Origin: Lingula anatina | Taxonomy: Eukaryota; Animalia; Brachiopoda | Length of the DNA: 64,000 nucleotides | Reading direction: 5' to 3' | Assembly (NCBI GenBank): GCA_051362555.1 | Contig: CM120646.1 | Coordinates: forward strand, 16,492,001-16,556,000 | Part shown: positions 1-12,537 of the stretch, one piece after another | Position numbering within the stretch: position 1 is the first letter of the stretch | How the letters are laid out: the number at the start of each line of letters is the position of its first letter | The notes under the pieces: model-generated | Database searches by the model: none | What the model saw: the letters and a program-made list of their open reading frames with translations, nothing else | Told to the model about the DNA's origin: nothing | Translations under genes and position numbers: made by a program

Positions 1-1115
1 TATGAACACGCTGGACTGGAAAATTACTGTATATCCACGCACACTGCCGAGCTCAGCCACGTCGGAAAACTATCAAAATGTTGCAGATTTCAGTAACTGC
101 TGGACTAGACGACCCAAATTTCATTTTATAGATGATCCATCAGAATAGAACTATATAATAATCCGGAAACATTTTGAATTTTATTATAAAACTGTTGTAC
201 ACGGCAGTGTCATGTCGCGCGCTGATGCTGCCGCTTGGACCCAACCAAGCATGTCGGCAGACGATAAATAATGAACGCTCGATTCTGACCCGAGTTAAAC
301 GCATGTCTGGCCTTCGCAGTCCACACCAGAGAAACATTTTTATCTCATACTTTTCTAGCTAGTCTATTCTGCATGTATACGTCTAAGGACAGTAATGCAT
401 GACACTGACAGTGTGCGGAATTCTTTATAGAACGGCACATAAGAAATTACCCGGTTTAAATCTGGCATATTGACATCTTGGACAAAGCATGCAATTCCCG
501 TAGAACATATCAAAATCACCTACTTTTCAGAATAAGAATTTTCCAAGTAATAACTGTGCATACTTACCAGCAAATGTCAGTCATTCCTACGCCATTTTCT
601 TCCCGCTTCATTTTCAAAACAAACACTCCCTTGATGCTCCTTGGAAGCAATGTGCTGATCACCGGCCATATTGACTTTTAAAGAGAATCTCGTAGGTCTC
701 TGCTGTAATATATAATAAAGAACAGTATTTTATGTAAATACACAATCCAATCACTGTAATCCATCACAAAGATTCGTGCTTAATTATTGTTCAATTACTG
801 TATTAATCATGGAATGCATTATTGTAGTAAGCCTCGTAAAAGATCATAAAACATCATTACTGGTGGCAGACGATGAGTAAATTCTCCCAACATGCATGCC
901 GTGTCACGGTGTCAGCTTGCGGTCACGCACGAGAATCATAGAAGTTGCGTTAATGCACACTGTTAAGTCAGACGCGGTGGGAAAGAAAATAAAAATAAAA
1001 TCGACCGATTAAAAAAAATAAACAAACATATGCATCTGAAAGAGAAAGTTATTTTGACATTTTTACATAAAAATTAATCAAAGCCAACTGTGTTTGATCC
1101 TTTCAAGACAACGCA

Positions 1116-1117
<2 letters not shown>

Positions 1118-1151
<34 letters not shown>
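1118..1151. repeat. (GT)n microsatellite
   Basis: Read directly from the sequence. Confidence 0.95.
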
Positions 1152-1154
<3 letters not shown>

Positions 1155-2449
1155 GGCCTAAGTGTTGGGGGGGAGGGGGGGGGGTAAAAAGGTTAACTTG
1201 AAAAAAGCCTTCCTGCGCCTGTGTAACATTTATGAAGCCTAGACTTGCAAGGCGGGTCTTTAAAACTGCAAAAACCAAGGCCCAACTATTGAGATTAATT
1301 ACTTAGGCCTAGACAAGTGCTTGCAGGGAAACATTTAAAATAGGGCCTTGGCCCTACTAGGCCGGTCAGCTATCATGTTGGACTTGTTATATAGCCCTAG
1401 CTAGTTGTTATTTCAAATTTTATATATAAGCTTATCATTTTACCAACGCAGATACTCTAAAGTTTTTATGATTGGTATTTTAATAACACATCAAATTTTT
1501 AATGGCCTTTACTTTTGATAAAACATAAAGGCCCCTTGAAGTGTGTTAGGCCTATGTTTATTTTTAATAGGCCTATTGACTTTTCTTCTTTATATGGGAA
1601 ATCATAAGTTTAAGATGTTGGCGTGTAAGTGAAAAAGTATCGGATAGGCGTTAAAGACTGGGGGTCTACTTGTACATAGGCCTACCCTCTACCAGGATGA
1701 CAGATATAAGGCCCTATAGGTAAGTTTTCAAAAGTCAGAGAATCAAATGACTATTTATCTAAAGACATAGGCCTATCTGTGAATATCTTGTGAAAAATCA
1801 CTGTGTCGTCCTGGTGGGGGATACTAGTAGGCCTACACAAATTTGACCTACAATGCATACGGGATAAGATTCTCTTTCAAATAGCCTACCTACGTAACCC
1901 TTCACGCTATTTAAAGTCATCAACAATCACGTTTTTCATTAAAAGAGCACCTAAGCGTTTCCAAATATATATTTCAACAAATAAATTTTAAAATGCCAGG
2001 ACATGGCATAGGGACTAGGTCACGTAAGTCACTTAATTTAGACCCAATTAATTGCTCATTTTGTCATTGTTAATAAGTCTAATTGATTATCATTTTTCAG
2101 TGGACTGATAGGCCTACTGGGCAAGGTGACTGATATTATATATCATATCATACCGTTTTTAGAACTGAAAACCTGGATAAAAGAATCTGTAAATAAAAAA
2201 AATTCAAAAAGGCATTGGGTCATTCTTTGTAATAATTAAATTGTATAAAAAAGAAAAATTAATAATAATAATAATAATAAAAGTAATTTGATGTTTGGTT
2301 AAAGTTAACATCTGCTGTGATTGGGGTATTTTAAATTTTTGTTTGACTTTAAAATCGTATATTCAAATTTTAAATTTTAATTTAATTTAAAACAAATTCA
2401 AGTCAAACTCGCGAAACGAATCATTTCACTATGTTTATCTATTTATTTA

Positions 2450-2481
<32 letters not shown>

Positions 2482-5256
2482 ACCAAAATATTGGTATAGC
2501 CTCTTGCGTTCGCAGTGGAATCCAGAATTTACCCTCTTTTACTAAAAACAAAAAAGAAGGAAAAAAAAAAAAACAGATTAACAAGACAAAAAAGCACCGA
2601 TATGAAACTTTAATCTTTCATTCCCACCCCTACCGTCACTGTTAAAAATAAAAAAAAACAATCAGTCAATTAATAAACCACAGAAAAAAGACGTCAGCAG
2701 TCGAATGACAAAGTAAAAATCTATAAGGGGTAAATATACTTGTGGATTATCCTGCACGGATTACACAGATAGATTCCACTGTCTTCCGCCCCCTGCGCAA
2801 TTAATTGTCTACATGTCACTGACGATCGTCCTAACATTACGTGATCTGCTGACAGCACCCTGTGCTATATAACAGACAAGGTATTACCCGTAAAGGCTAC
2901 GAGTTACTAATCCCCTACTCCCTCCCCCACCCACCCACCCCACCCTTCCTTACGCACACCTCCACTACCACCGCAACCATTATAACGTTCTCCCATTCAC
3001 TCGGCATTTTCGAAACAAACTAATTAGCTGTGCAGAAGGTTAACTACTCGTCGATTATATGATTATTTACTTATTTATAACTGATCTTCCCTGGAACAAC
3101 GGTGTTTTCCCTAGCGAGAATCTCTTCATTGTATGTATCATTTCCCAAATGTTAAGAAACCCTCTAGCGTCTAGTGAAGAAGTTAAGAGTGACCTGCTCA
3201 CGTCAGGCTGTACTCTTATGCGTACTTAAACAGACCCCAGCTCGATTATATAACATTAGATTAAAACACTTTACACGTATAGCACGCGAGGATGTACCTA
3301 TCACGTGGTAATACAATCCCTTTGGTGGGACAATTACGGATTATTACAATTCATACTGGGATGAGGTAAGTGGTGATCGTTTTCTGTATAAGCCGTTTGA
3401 GAATATTGTTTATTGCGCAAGATTTGCGACGGTAGATTCAACAGTCAGCCACAACAGCGCAATGGCCTACTTTCTATAAACCCACATCTACACGTACAAA
3501 TCTACGAGGTTATCATAGTATAGTAAAAATTGGGAACTGAAAAAACAGCTGTTTCGACACACTCGGTGTAATATGCTGTGCTGCGTTGTTCTGTCCAGCA
3601 CTGGAGGATCTCGAGACCCTGACCCGATCAGACTAATGCTCTAGACAGTGTGAAGGGCGTAATGCTAAGTGTCTGATTTGCACAGACGCCGGGCCCTGGA
3701 TTAAGGACAACACGAAAGACCTTGGTGTTTTAAGCCACAGGAAAAGACGCGGAACAGGTCATAGACACCACCACTAGTTCAAATGTACTTCGTGTAGTCT
3801 CGTAATCTACCTCTACAAAACAGAAGCGTTGGTCCCTAGGGTATTTCACCTCCTTTCCTCTATTCCCCCCGGACCCATTACCAAAATGCCTCCGCCATAG
3901 CAGTATTTCTGTGGCACCATTATGTAGTAGCGCCAATGTTTATGGCGAGTATAGACAGGTATAGTTGCGAGCAATGAACGTCTTGTGGCATATAAACAAA
4001 CCTGGGGACAATACAAAGTGTACATCATATAATCATAGTACAGTTAGTACAATATCGATTTGTGGTAAACCTCTAAGAGAATAAAATATTAGCTTTGGTG
4101 AAGGAGACGCAGTTAATATCAGCAAGACTAAATGTAATCTAATGCTAGTGCAACGTCTCAGGGCTGAATGCGCCTGGGCAGGTGGAAGTTGGTTCCAGGA
4201 GAGGGTCGAGACCTGCAATAAGTTTGGGTTTGAAAGTGCCGTGCTTACGCACGCGTGCATGTGCACGCACTCAAGCAATATAAAGGGTCTCCAAAATAGG
4301 GTATATATCCTGACGTGCAACAGAAAAGGATGAAAGGGAAATTTTTGTCCTTTGTGTAGCTTTTCCCTTTTCTCTTTATTTTGTTAAGATATCTCCGCCG
4401 TCTGCGACAGGTAGTTGGATACATGTATTTCTCTCCTTGCCCACGTTCCAAAGTCCACCATTCTTCTGATCAGAATTCTACCCCAATCCTATCCCATATT
4501 TCGTTAGAAACCATAAACATAAAAGAAGCACTGGTGTGCATACAGTCCTAGCGTAACTTAACGTGACAACGGAGTGTATGATTATAGAGCATGGGAAATA
4601 TACCGGGGGAAGAGAAAAGGCCTCGAGTGTTTTATTCACTGGCCTATATTCAGTCTTGCAAGGTTCTGACAAAACTATCAAATGACATATTTCTTATTTG
4701 ATTCATATACAATGCCCGTGCAATAGGTGCAGACTGAGAGCCCTTGGAGAGGAAAGTACGCAGTTTCAGCTGGTAAACAAATAAATAGATGAATAGATGG
4801 ATAAATAATACTGCGAACAGCGTCTGGTCCTCGGATCAGGTAATGGGTCTCAAAGTCCTTAATTCTATTTCTGTCACGTACGGGCTCAGGGGGGAAGTTT
4901 TCTGCGAACGCTGGGCATAGATTGCCTGAGTTAAAGCACATCTGCAGTACTGGGTTAAGTAGAAGACAAATACTGTGGGGCATTACCATTAGCAGACTGA
5001 AGCAATGATCTCAATTTTTTGTTAACGGAAACTCATTAAGTACATGTGTATTAACGGGTACATGGCTTCATGCTACGTGATAAGAGGTGATTCTGGGTTA
5101 ATGTACATCTCTAAGAATAGCATATTTGCTGGACAAGCTGAAACTAGAGAGAATTATTGTTCCAAGCAAACGAATATATCGTTCATGTGTTCGATGTTTT
5201 CTCCTCAAATTCTAGTGGCAAGTTGACTTTTTCAAACTCTTCAAAACATTGCATAA

Positions 5257-5258
<2 letters not shown>

Positions 5259-5322
<64 letters not shown>
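5259..5322. repeat. (AT)n microsatellite
   Basis: Read directly from the sequence. Confidence 0.95.
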
Positions 5323-5325
<3 letters not shown>

Positions 5326-6640
5326 TTAATACCTGTATATACATGTATGTACGTGTAGATAATATCGGTCGACAGCATCGAATTTTAATACTACCTCACG
5401 CCCGCCACGACTAACTTTTTCTTCTTTTCATTTTTAGGCAAAATACATATTCGTGATGTAATACTAACCAATTACAAAACTCCCTAACGTTTTGTAAATA
5501 TAAATTGGCGTTAATACGGAGATTTAAGACCGGCGAAAGATACACTGTTAAATCGAACCCTGGGAACAGGACCCTTTGAGCTCTCGCCTCAGGTTACCCG
5601 ATACCAAACATACAGATTAGAACATAGCCTAAACATCCAAATCTAGCACACAAACGTTCACAACTGATTTTTGGTAGTACGAGCTGTAAAAAAAACCCAG
5701 TGCAGTGCATTATTTATGTGCAGTAAAAAAAGACGCGCTTTTTAGGCATTAAATCCAAAGAGCAAAAGGGCGACGTTTGCCGTTACTGTGGTATAGTCGA
5801 ACGCGTGTTGTATTACCACTCGTCTAAGATATTGAAGAGGCCCACGAGGGAGCAGCGCTTAGAGTTAAATGAGATGCACAGTTGAGTCACATGTTATTAA
5901 TTTGTTTTGTTATGGTGTACGGTTTATATCCTTGTGCGTGATATTACTGAATCAAATTAATGAAAAACGAAACTCATCCACCCCCCCCCCAAAAAAAAAA
6001 AAAAAATTGAAGTCCACATTTTTAGCCATTGGGCCCAGAATCTGATTATGTCAGAGATTGCTCAGTTGGAAAACACGGAAAAGTGTCTTTGGCGCAGTGT
6101 TGCACACAGCATCAAAGATTTCTAGCTTTTCTTATAATTTGTTGCCATATAAATGGAAAAAAATTCAATTAAGATTGATGAAAAAATTTTGTCTCCTGCT
6201 CTTTGATGCAAGAGAATGTGGTCACTGTGGATAAGTACAGTATATCGTGTATAGATAACAAGAAAATGGGTTATTTTCTTTATTATTCATTTTATTTTTA
6301 AGGCAATATTATGACCTACTTTCTACTCGTTTTGTATTATATGAATTATTGACTTAAATTAAGAAAAAGCATTAAGCTGTGCACATGGAGTCATAACTTT
6401 ACTTATGTTGCAAATTGCAAAATATATCAACGAAAATGTACAAATCTGGGCAACAGTGAACTATTTACTAAATATAGAAGCCATTAGCCCATGTGCATAG
6501 GTCTTGTGTGACACCGTGACTGTCATACGAGATAGTTCCCAAGTGAAAACTATTTGGTAGTTATAGGTGCACGTGCACGTGACTGCCATTTCAGAGCTGG
6601 ATGCGTATTCTGTTTTTAGCTTTGGTTTTCTATGTGGGGC

Positions 6641-6641
<1 letters not shown>

Positions 6642-6695
<54 letters not shown>
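6642..6695. repeat. poly(T) tract
   Basis: Read directly from the sequence. Confidence 0.95.
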
Positions 6696-6699
<4 letters not shown>

Positions 6700-9600
6700 A
6701 TGCTCTCTGTTCCCGAGTTCGTTTTTTATCTGTATTAGATTAATATGGATAAAAAATGTCATAGAAATGTCATAGTATGTCGTAGTGTATAGTTGAAGTT
6801 CGGTGTAAGTAAACCCTTAGAGAGAGCTTTAAAATCGCCGTTAAATTACAATTAAAAGCGTTCAGATATTCTAATAACTTATAACTTCTTATAACTTTGT
6901 TTGGTAATTCGTATATCTGTCTGTTCTTAGAGTCTCAAGTGCTTGGTAAGTCATAAGTATGTCAACTCATTCTTAGTCCTTATGTCCAAGGGTGAACTCT
7001 TTTTTCGAAAAAAAAATAATTAAAGAAAAAATCACATACTGTAGTTTTGCTCTGCGACCTGGTTTCAATATATAAAACTGTTACATGTTGGTTACTAGAA
7101 CCTTTGTAACGTGACATCAGCAAAAACCTTTGCTAGGTTGTTAGAGGAAACGTATTGCTGAATATTTAGTGACTGAAAGATTTGGGTTTTTCTTGAACAG
7201 AAATAGATTTCACGTCCTTATATGTTATTGAAGTTAAAACAATCGATTGGAGTTTCCTCCTTGTAGACATTTTGCCTTTTATATCGGCACGCACTGATGT
7301 AAAACTACTTCAAAACAAAGATTGTCCTCTTGTTATCACGTCTATGGATGTATTTGTAGCCGATTTCCGATATCAGTTCTGTATCAACATAGCCATCACT
7401 GCGCATACCATTATAACTAATCTGCTGAATGTAAACTTACTGATATATTAATGGGAAGTTTTAAGCGAAGTAAAACAAATATTGAATCGTTTAGGTGACC
7501 TATTAAAAGACCAGAATAATCTTATAGACATTAATTTATTTTAGAAAATAAATATACTGCCCCTACCCCCAAATCGCATTTTTATGGGAAGTAAAAAAAA
7601 GAGTAAAGTGAAAAGTAAAACAAATAATGGAGCCTTTCCTCTGGTTGAATTTTTTTCTGAATTTGAAATATTGCTACTTTAAACTGTATACTTTGCACCA
7701 TTGTGTTTAAAAATGACAATCCTATCGGATTCGGTGAAATATCTGACAGTTTCTTCGGTTGGTGGCTGGAATTTCTTCATTAGTTTAGCGGACCAAAAGA
7801 TTAAATTTAACAATGATAGAGCTAACAAGAAATCCAACGACAAACTTTGCGGGTAATAATATCAAATTATCAACATTCTGGAGCTTTCAAAGCCACCTTC
7901 GGATGGTTTCGGTTTCCTTTCAGATGAAAAGAAAAAACTGAACAAGTGTTCAAGGTGTCCCAGATGGAGACCGAGCTCGATTCGTAGGAATGTGTAGAAT
8001 AGCGGAAGCTTGTTACGCGGCTTACCGCCAGACCGCAAGGCCATCCCAGCTCGTTTGAATCTACCTGCTGGAGGAGGCAAAACAGTTGATGATAAAATTA
8101 GGAATTTGAACAACTTATTTTTATTGTAAAAGAAATATGCTATAAAAATTTCCTTTGTGGGTTCACTTAAATATCTCTCACTGCTATAACTGCAAATATA
8201 TGTTGAGGTCATGGTTACACGAAGAAAATCAAAATATTGTTATTTATATATAAATACATAATTGGTAGGAGGGGGATTAAATTATATTAAAACACCAATA
8301 ATATGAAAGAAAAACGCGACGAATTAACAAAATGGCATTATTAAAAAGTGTTCTGCAATTTAAGAAAATTCGTTAAAATCATAAAAAAATTTATACTGAA
8401 CATATGGAGACGGAAACACGCATATCTTCACGTTATTGACATCAACACCCACGTCTATGTCCCAATAAAATTATTGTTGTCAAATAAATGAAAAAAAAAT
8501 ATGTTACACTTTTTTGTGATAATCAACGAATGAACGAACGTAATTTCAATATTTTGCTTTCTTTTTTAAATCTAGGTACTTCCTTTTCATTTTTAATTAA
8601 CTTGGCGATTTCTCCTAGCAAATACACGATTGTTCATATAACGCCAAAGTATCTGGGTCAACCTGGTTTATACTAGTTGACTAAAATTGATTTTTTTTAG
8701 TCTGCAATTATCGGAGTCATATATGTCACTGTGTCAAAAAAATTCATTTTAGATGTCGAGCCAATATCTCGCCTGTATTTAATTTCATTTCGATATATTT
8801 GGCATTTTTTACATTTCCTATGAAACAACACATTAGTTCTATCTTTAAGTAAATTTTGTAGCTGATTAATTTTTTAGTTAATGCAAAGTATCATTTATTG
8901 AGGGCGAAGATGAGTAACATATTGATCATAATTTTAAAACCATTTTAAATTGATTGACAATTGAGTATGTCAAAACCCCACATAAACTAGGCAAATTATT
9001 GGTGAATAAACCTTTAATTGAACCTTTAGTGTCCTTCATTCTTTTCCTTTAGTAATTAAACAGTACCCCAATTTATTTACAAATTTTTAACTTTTTTTAA
9101 AATTTTCAAATTAAGTCAACGCGATTGTTTTTAAGTAGTTAAAACTACTTCTCCACACTCGTCCACTCCGGTCCACTCCTACTGCCTGCATATACCTAAA
9201 AAACCTTAACTCCACAGTAAACTACACAGCTAATCCGGGGGGAGATCACTTTTTAATCAATAGATCAGGTGGACCTCTCTCTATTGTAATTTTTATTTAT
9301 TTTTTATTAATGTTAATATCAAACTTAATAAGTTTTTTTATGTAAGTTTTATATAAATTTTTTATATAAGTTTTATACAAGTTTTTAAATATCAAACTAT
9401 ATAAGTTTTTATTTTTCATTTATTTATTTTTCATTTATTCATTTATCGTCATTATTAATGTGTGGACATTAGTTTTCATGCAGCCTTCCATTGTAAAGTA
9501 CTATTGTATTTATGACTATAATTTCTTTCTTTCGTCACTGGCAATTAACGAGACACGTTGTGTGCTTCTGTTTATCCCTGATGTGGCGCACCCTCTTTAT

Positions 9601-9791
9601 AAGTCTTCTATTAAATGTACAACCAGTTTCTCATTTTACAATATAATGTTGTAAGCTTCGAATGCGAATAACTGTAAACTTATTTCCCTCATCCCAACAT
9701 TTTCAACATCCTATGGATATATTTTCACGCCATAAATTGCATTAGATACATGCTACACACAGACTAATTTTGAACAACACAAATCTGTTGC

Positions 9792-9831
<40 letters not shown>

Positions 9832-10169
9832 CCTGTTTCATGTTCAACAATACAAGTTTATGCCATGTATGCGAGGGATGTAAACGTTAGAAAAATTCGA
9901 CAGAATTAGTGACACCATGTTATGGTGTCGTACGTAGAGACAAAATAATACCCTTCAATTATATCTATTAGATATCAATGGGCCGACAAAATGAAACGAT
10001 AACAGTTTTTTTCTAACATTTAACAGAAGCGCCTTCAACTTTTGAACAAATTTTTTTTTTTTTAAATCATCAAGGAATAAGCATTTCCGCTATTCTTTTT
10101 CAACACATCTCGCACGTGCAACCTTGGACTCTGTGATCTCCGTGTCTATATAAAATATTCATCATGCTC

Positions 10170-10259
10170 TACAGTTGGTTTTAAATGAGCAAATCAATGT
10201 ACAGTAGATTTTAAATGAACAAATCGATGTACAGTTGATTTTGAATGAATAAATCGATG
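10170..10259 (+). repeat. Minisatellite, 3 x 30 bp
   Basis: Unit tacagttgattttaaatgaacaaatcgatg occurs three times with a few substitutions. Confidence 0.85.
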
Positions 10260-10436
10260 TGGTGTTAAAACGACATATGAATATATACTTGTATATACCC
10301 ATCACCGTATACCGTATTTGTCTGTTGACTTAACCTAAAAACTATTTCTAGAAACTAAAATCGGACTCTTGATAACCCCGTTTCTTTTCCCTGAATTTCC
10401 TGGGTGATAACACACTTTAAGCTCACACAGGACATG

Positions 10437-10601
10437 TTCACTGTGAATCTTTAGTGGCATACAGTCATTATATTTTCTGATACGCATCTTTTACACAGAC
10501 GGTATACGTACGCTAGGCCCCTTCACTGTGAAGATTTAGTGGCATGCAGTCATTATATTTCAGGTACGCATCTATTACACAGACAGTGCATGTACGTTAG
10601 G
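10437..10601 (+). repeat. Tandem duplication, 2 x about 85 bp
   Basis: ttcactgtgaa..tttagtggcat.cagtcattatattt....tacgcatct.ttacacagac starts at both 10437 and 10522. Confidence 0.85.
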
Positions 10602-10610
10602 ACGTATCTG

Positions 10611-10770
10611 GCCCCAGATTCACAATAAAAAATTAAGTCAGTCCCCTGGCTCACATCTTTGTTACCAACATGCGCACATCTTACCCTGTCAGGGACAGTG
10701 TTACGGCATCCTTAAGGACACATGCACACATCCTAGTCAACTAAGGGTTTAAGATGCTTTGTGAAACGGG
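10611..10770. mobile_element. Decayed MITE (Harbinger-like termini)
   Basis: Left end gccccagattcacaa and right end ttaagatgctttgtgaaacggg are imperfect inverted termini. No clear TSD. Confidence 0.35.
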
Positions 10771-12356
10771 AAACACCACTTTTGTTACTTTTGTTACTTT
10801 TAATACTTTCTGAACTGAGACACCTAAGTCACAGTACCACATGCCACATATGGGTTATAGATATTTCAGTGCAACTAAGTTATGACTTTGTGCATACAGA
10901 AGTTCATCTCTAAATAATTAAAAAAATAATTAAACAGGTCATTTACCGTGCGACAAAAGTACAGTCTGGGTGAATTTGGGACCCATAACGGGCCCCTTAG
11001 TAACAGCGAATTGAGCCGTAATGATGTCTCAGACGCAGCCGGAGCTTTATTCAAATTGGATGGATATTAAAATACTGTCTGGGTTTTCCAGTCGACTCCT
11101 GCCGTTAGGTGGAGCCACAATACAGCGTTAGTGCAGCACTGGCTACCTATTCCCGTTTTTTTCAATTAGCTAGAAGCATTTAACAACACTACTCTACAGC
11201 AACGCTTTTAGGTCCGGTCCTGGTTTATATTAATTTCAATATGTATATCACACGTGTTTGTTAAATTCTGTATGTATTTTAACATACTTGAAACGAGATG
11301 CCTTGCATATTTTAATTGCTGTTAGTATAATCGCTGTGCAGCATAATCTTTGACCTTATTGAACTTACGTTTGAAGAATCATTTGTTCTGAATATATTAT
11401 TGAAATCAATGATAGTAAAAATTAGCTATAAAAAGTAAAATGTGAATCATGTAGCGAAATGAATGTCGCTTTGAACTAATGTATATTCTCAAGCAGACAA
11501 CGTTAAAAATATTAGGCAGGAAATGTTCTCTCGTCTGCAATTTTTAATATCAATTAGCAACTTTAAGACAAATTTTGAACTATGATGGAGCTGTTTATTC
11601 CTTTTTCGTCTTCTAAATTTAAAAAATGAGACAGACATAACAAAGTATGGCCACAAATTTGGTTCCCATCAGCAGAACAAGAATTTAGATAAGCGCAATT
11701 GTGTTATCAAATTTATCTCCCGATAATTCCATCGAAGTTCCAAATGTTATACCGATAGTAACCCTATTAACCTTTCCATTTGGCTATCACGGGGTTCTCC
11801 AATCTATAGCAATTAGTTTCGATGTCATCGTCTCTCGTTTTTTCCTAGCAGTCCAGACTGTTGTTTATTTCTTGTTTGCCCCTTCTAGTTCTGTCAATGA
11901 TATCCACAATTTAATTAATCTAATTGTAGTGATTTACCGATATTTTGTCGATGCTAAACTAAATGATAAGTGTCTTGTAGTTTGGTTATCCGGAGCATTA
12001 TAATTACAGAAAAAATCTCCCATTTTCATAGTATTAAACTAGCTTTCTGAATGATAAAAGTAAAATGAAATCAAAGAAGCATCCAGGAACAGTTTTGATG
12101 AAAGGTGGCAAAACAATTTTTAAATGTTTCTATACTGTTCACTGATATTTCAGTTAATATTCAATGTAACACATGACTTAAGTCCTAGACTTCACAAAAC
12201 CAAAGATAAAATGGTAAATTGTTTGTTACGTGGGAGCTTTCAGTAGAGAATATGTCTTCATTTCTTCCCTTCTACAGTTTCTCTTATACTAAGGGCAACA
12301 TGGAAAATATCAAAGTAATTTCAGAGAAGAATTTTATCAGCTGTGTTATGTTATAA

Positions 12357-12537
12357 GAATAAAGTAATTTTTCTTCAATCAACAGCTAATATTGACAGCT
12401 AAGTATATCTCCTGGTTGGAGGCTTTTCACCTGGATACCCTCATTTCCTGATTAAGATGCTCTACGACACATCGAAATATTCGAAGTGATATTAGATGTC
12501 AATATTACCTGTTGATTGAAGGAAAAATACCTTATTC
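12357..12537. mobile_element. Small fold-back element: 46-bp inverted repeats enclosing a degenerate hammerhead motif
   Basis: 12357-12402 and 12492-12537 are reverse complements with 5 mismatches. The spacer holds a hammerhead-like core. Confidence 0.7.
12441..12489 (+). ncRNA. Degenerate minimal hammerhead ribozyme-like motif
   Basis: tcatttc-CTGATTA-a-GATG..CATC-GAAA-TAT-TC-gaagtga. Stem I is 7 bp and stem II is GATG/CATC. The core has G8 changed to T, so it is probably inactive. Confidence 0.5.

Noticed and set aside
3560-5100. GC-richer stretch examined for conserved miRNA hairpins or coding exons
   Set aside because: I recognised no conserved mature miRNA and no convincing ORF. It may simply be regulatory or intronic sequence.
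5157-5414. ORFs with IYIYIY, THTHTH, CVCVCV, IIIII or SLSLSL runs (here and at about 1.1, 21, 27.5, 33.7, 37.7, 47.3 and 49.6 kb)
   Set aside because: These are translations of microsatellites.
5545-5600. B-box-like GGTTCGA on the minus strand (also near 17730, 32972 and 48549) as a tRNA or SINE
   Set aside because: No cloverleaf or properly spaced A-box could be built.
7862-8212. 116-aa minus-strand ORF with KR/GK sites, and possible small exons on either strand
   Set aside because: No signal peptide, repeated peptide motif or recognisable domain.
10170-10259. 30-bp repeats as a CRISPR array
   Set aside because: The units are contiguous with no spacers, the context is eukaryotic, and there are no cas genes.
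11701-12125. 100-aa ORF and downstream SFDERWQ, faintly like an L1/Tx1 ORF2 C-terminus
   Set aside because: The similarity is too weak to support by eye, and no RT motifs or intact zinc knuckle were seen.
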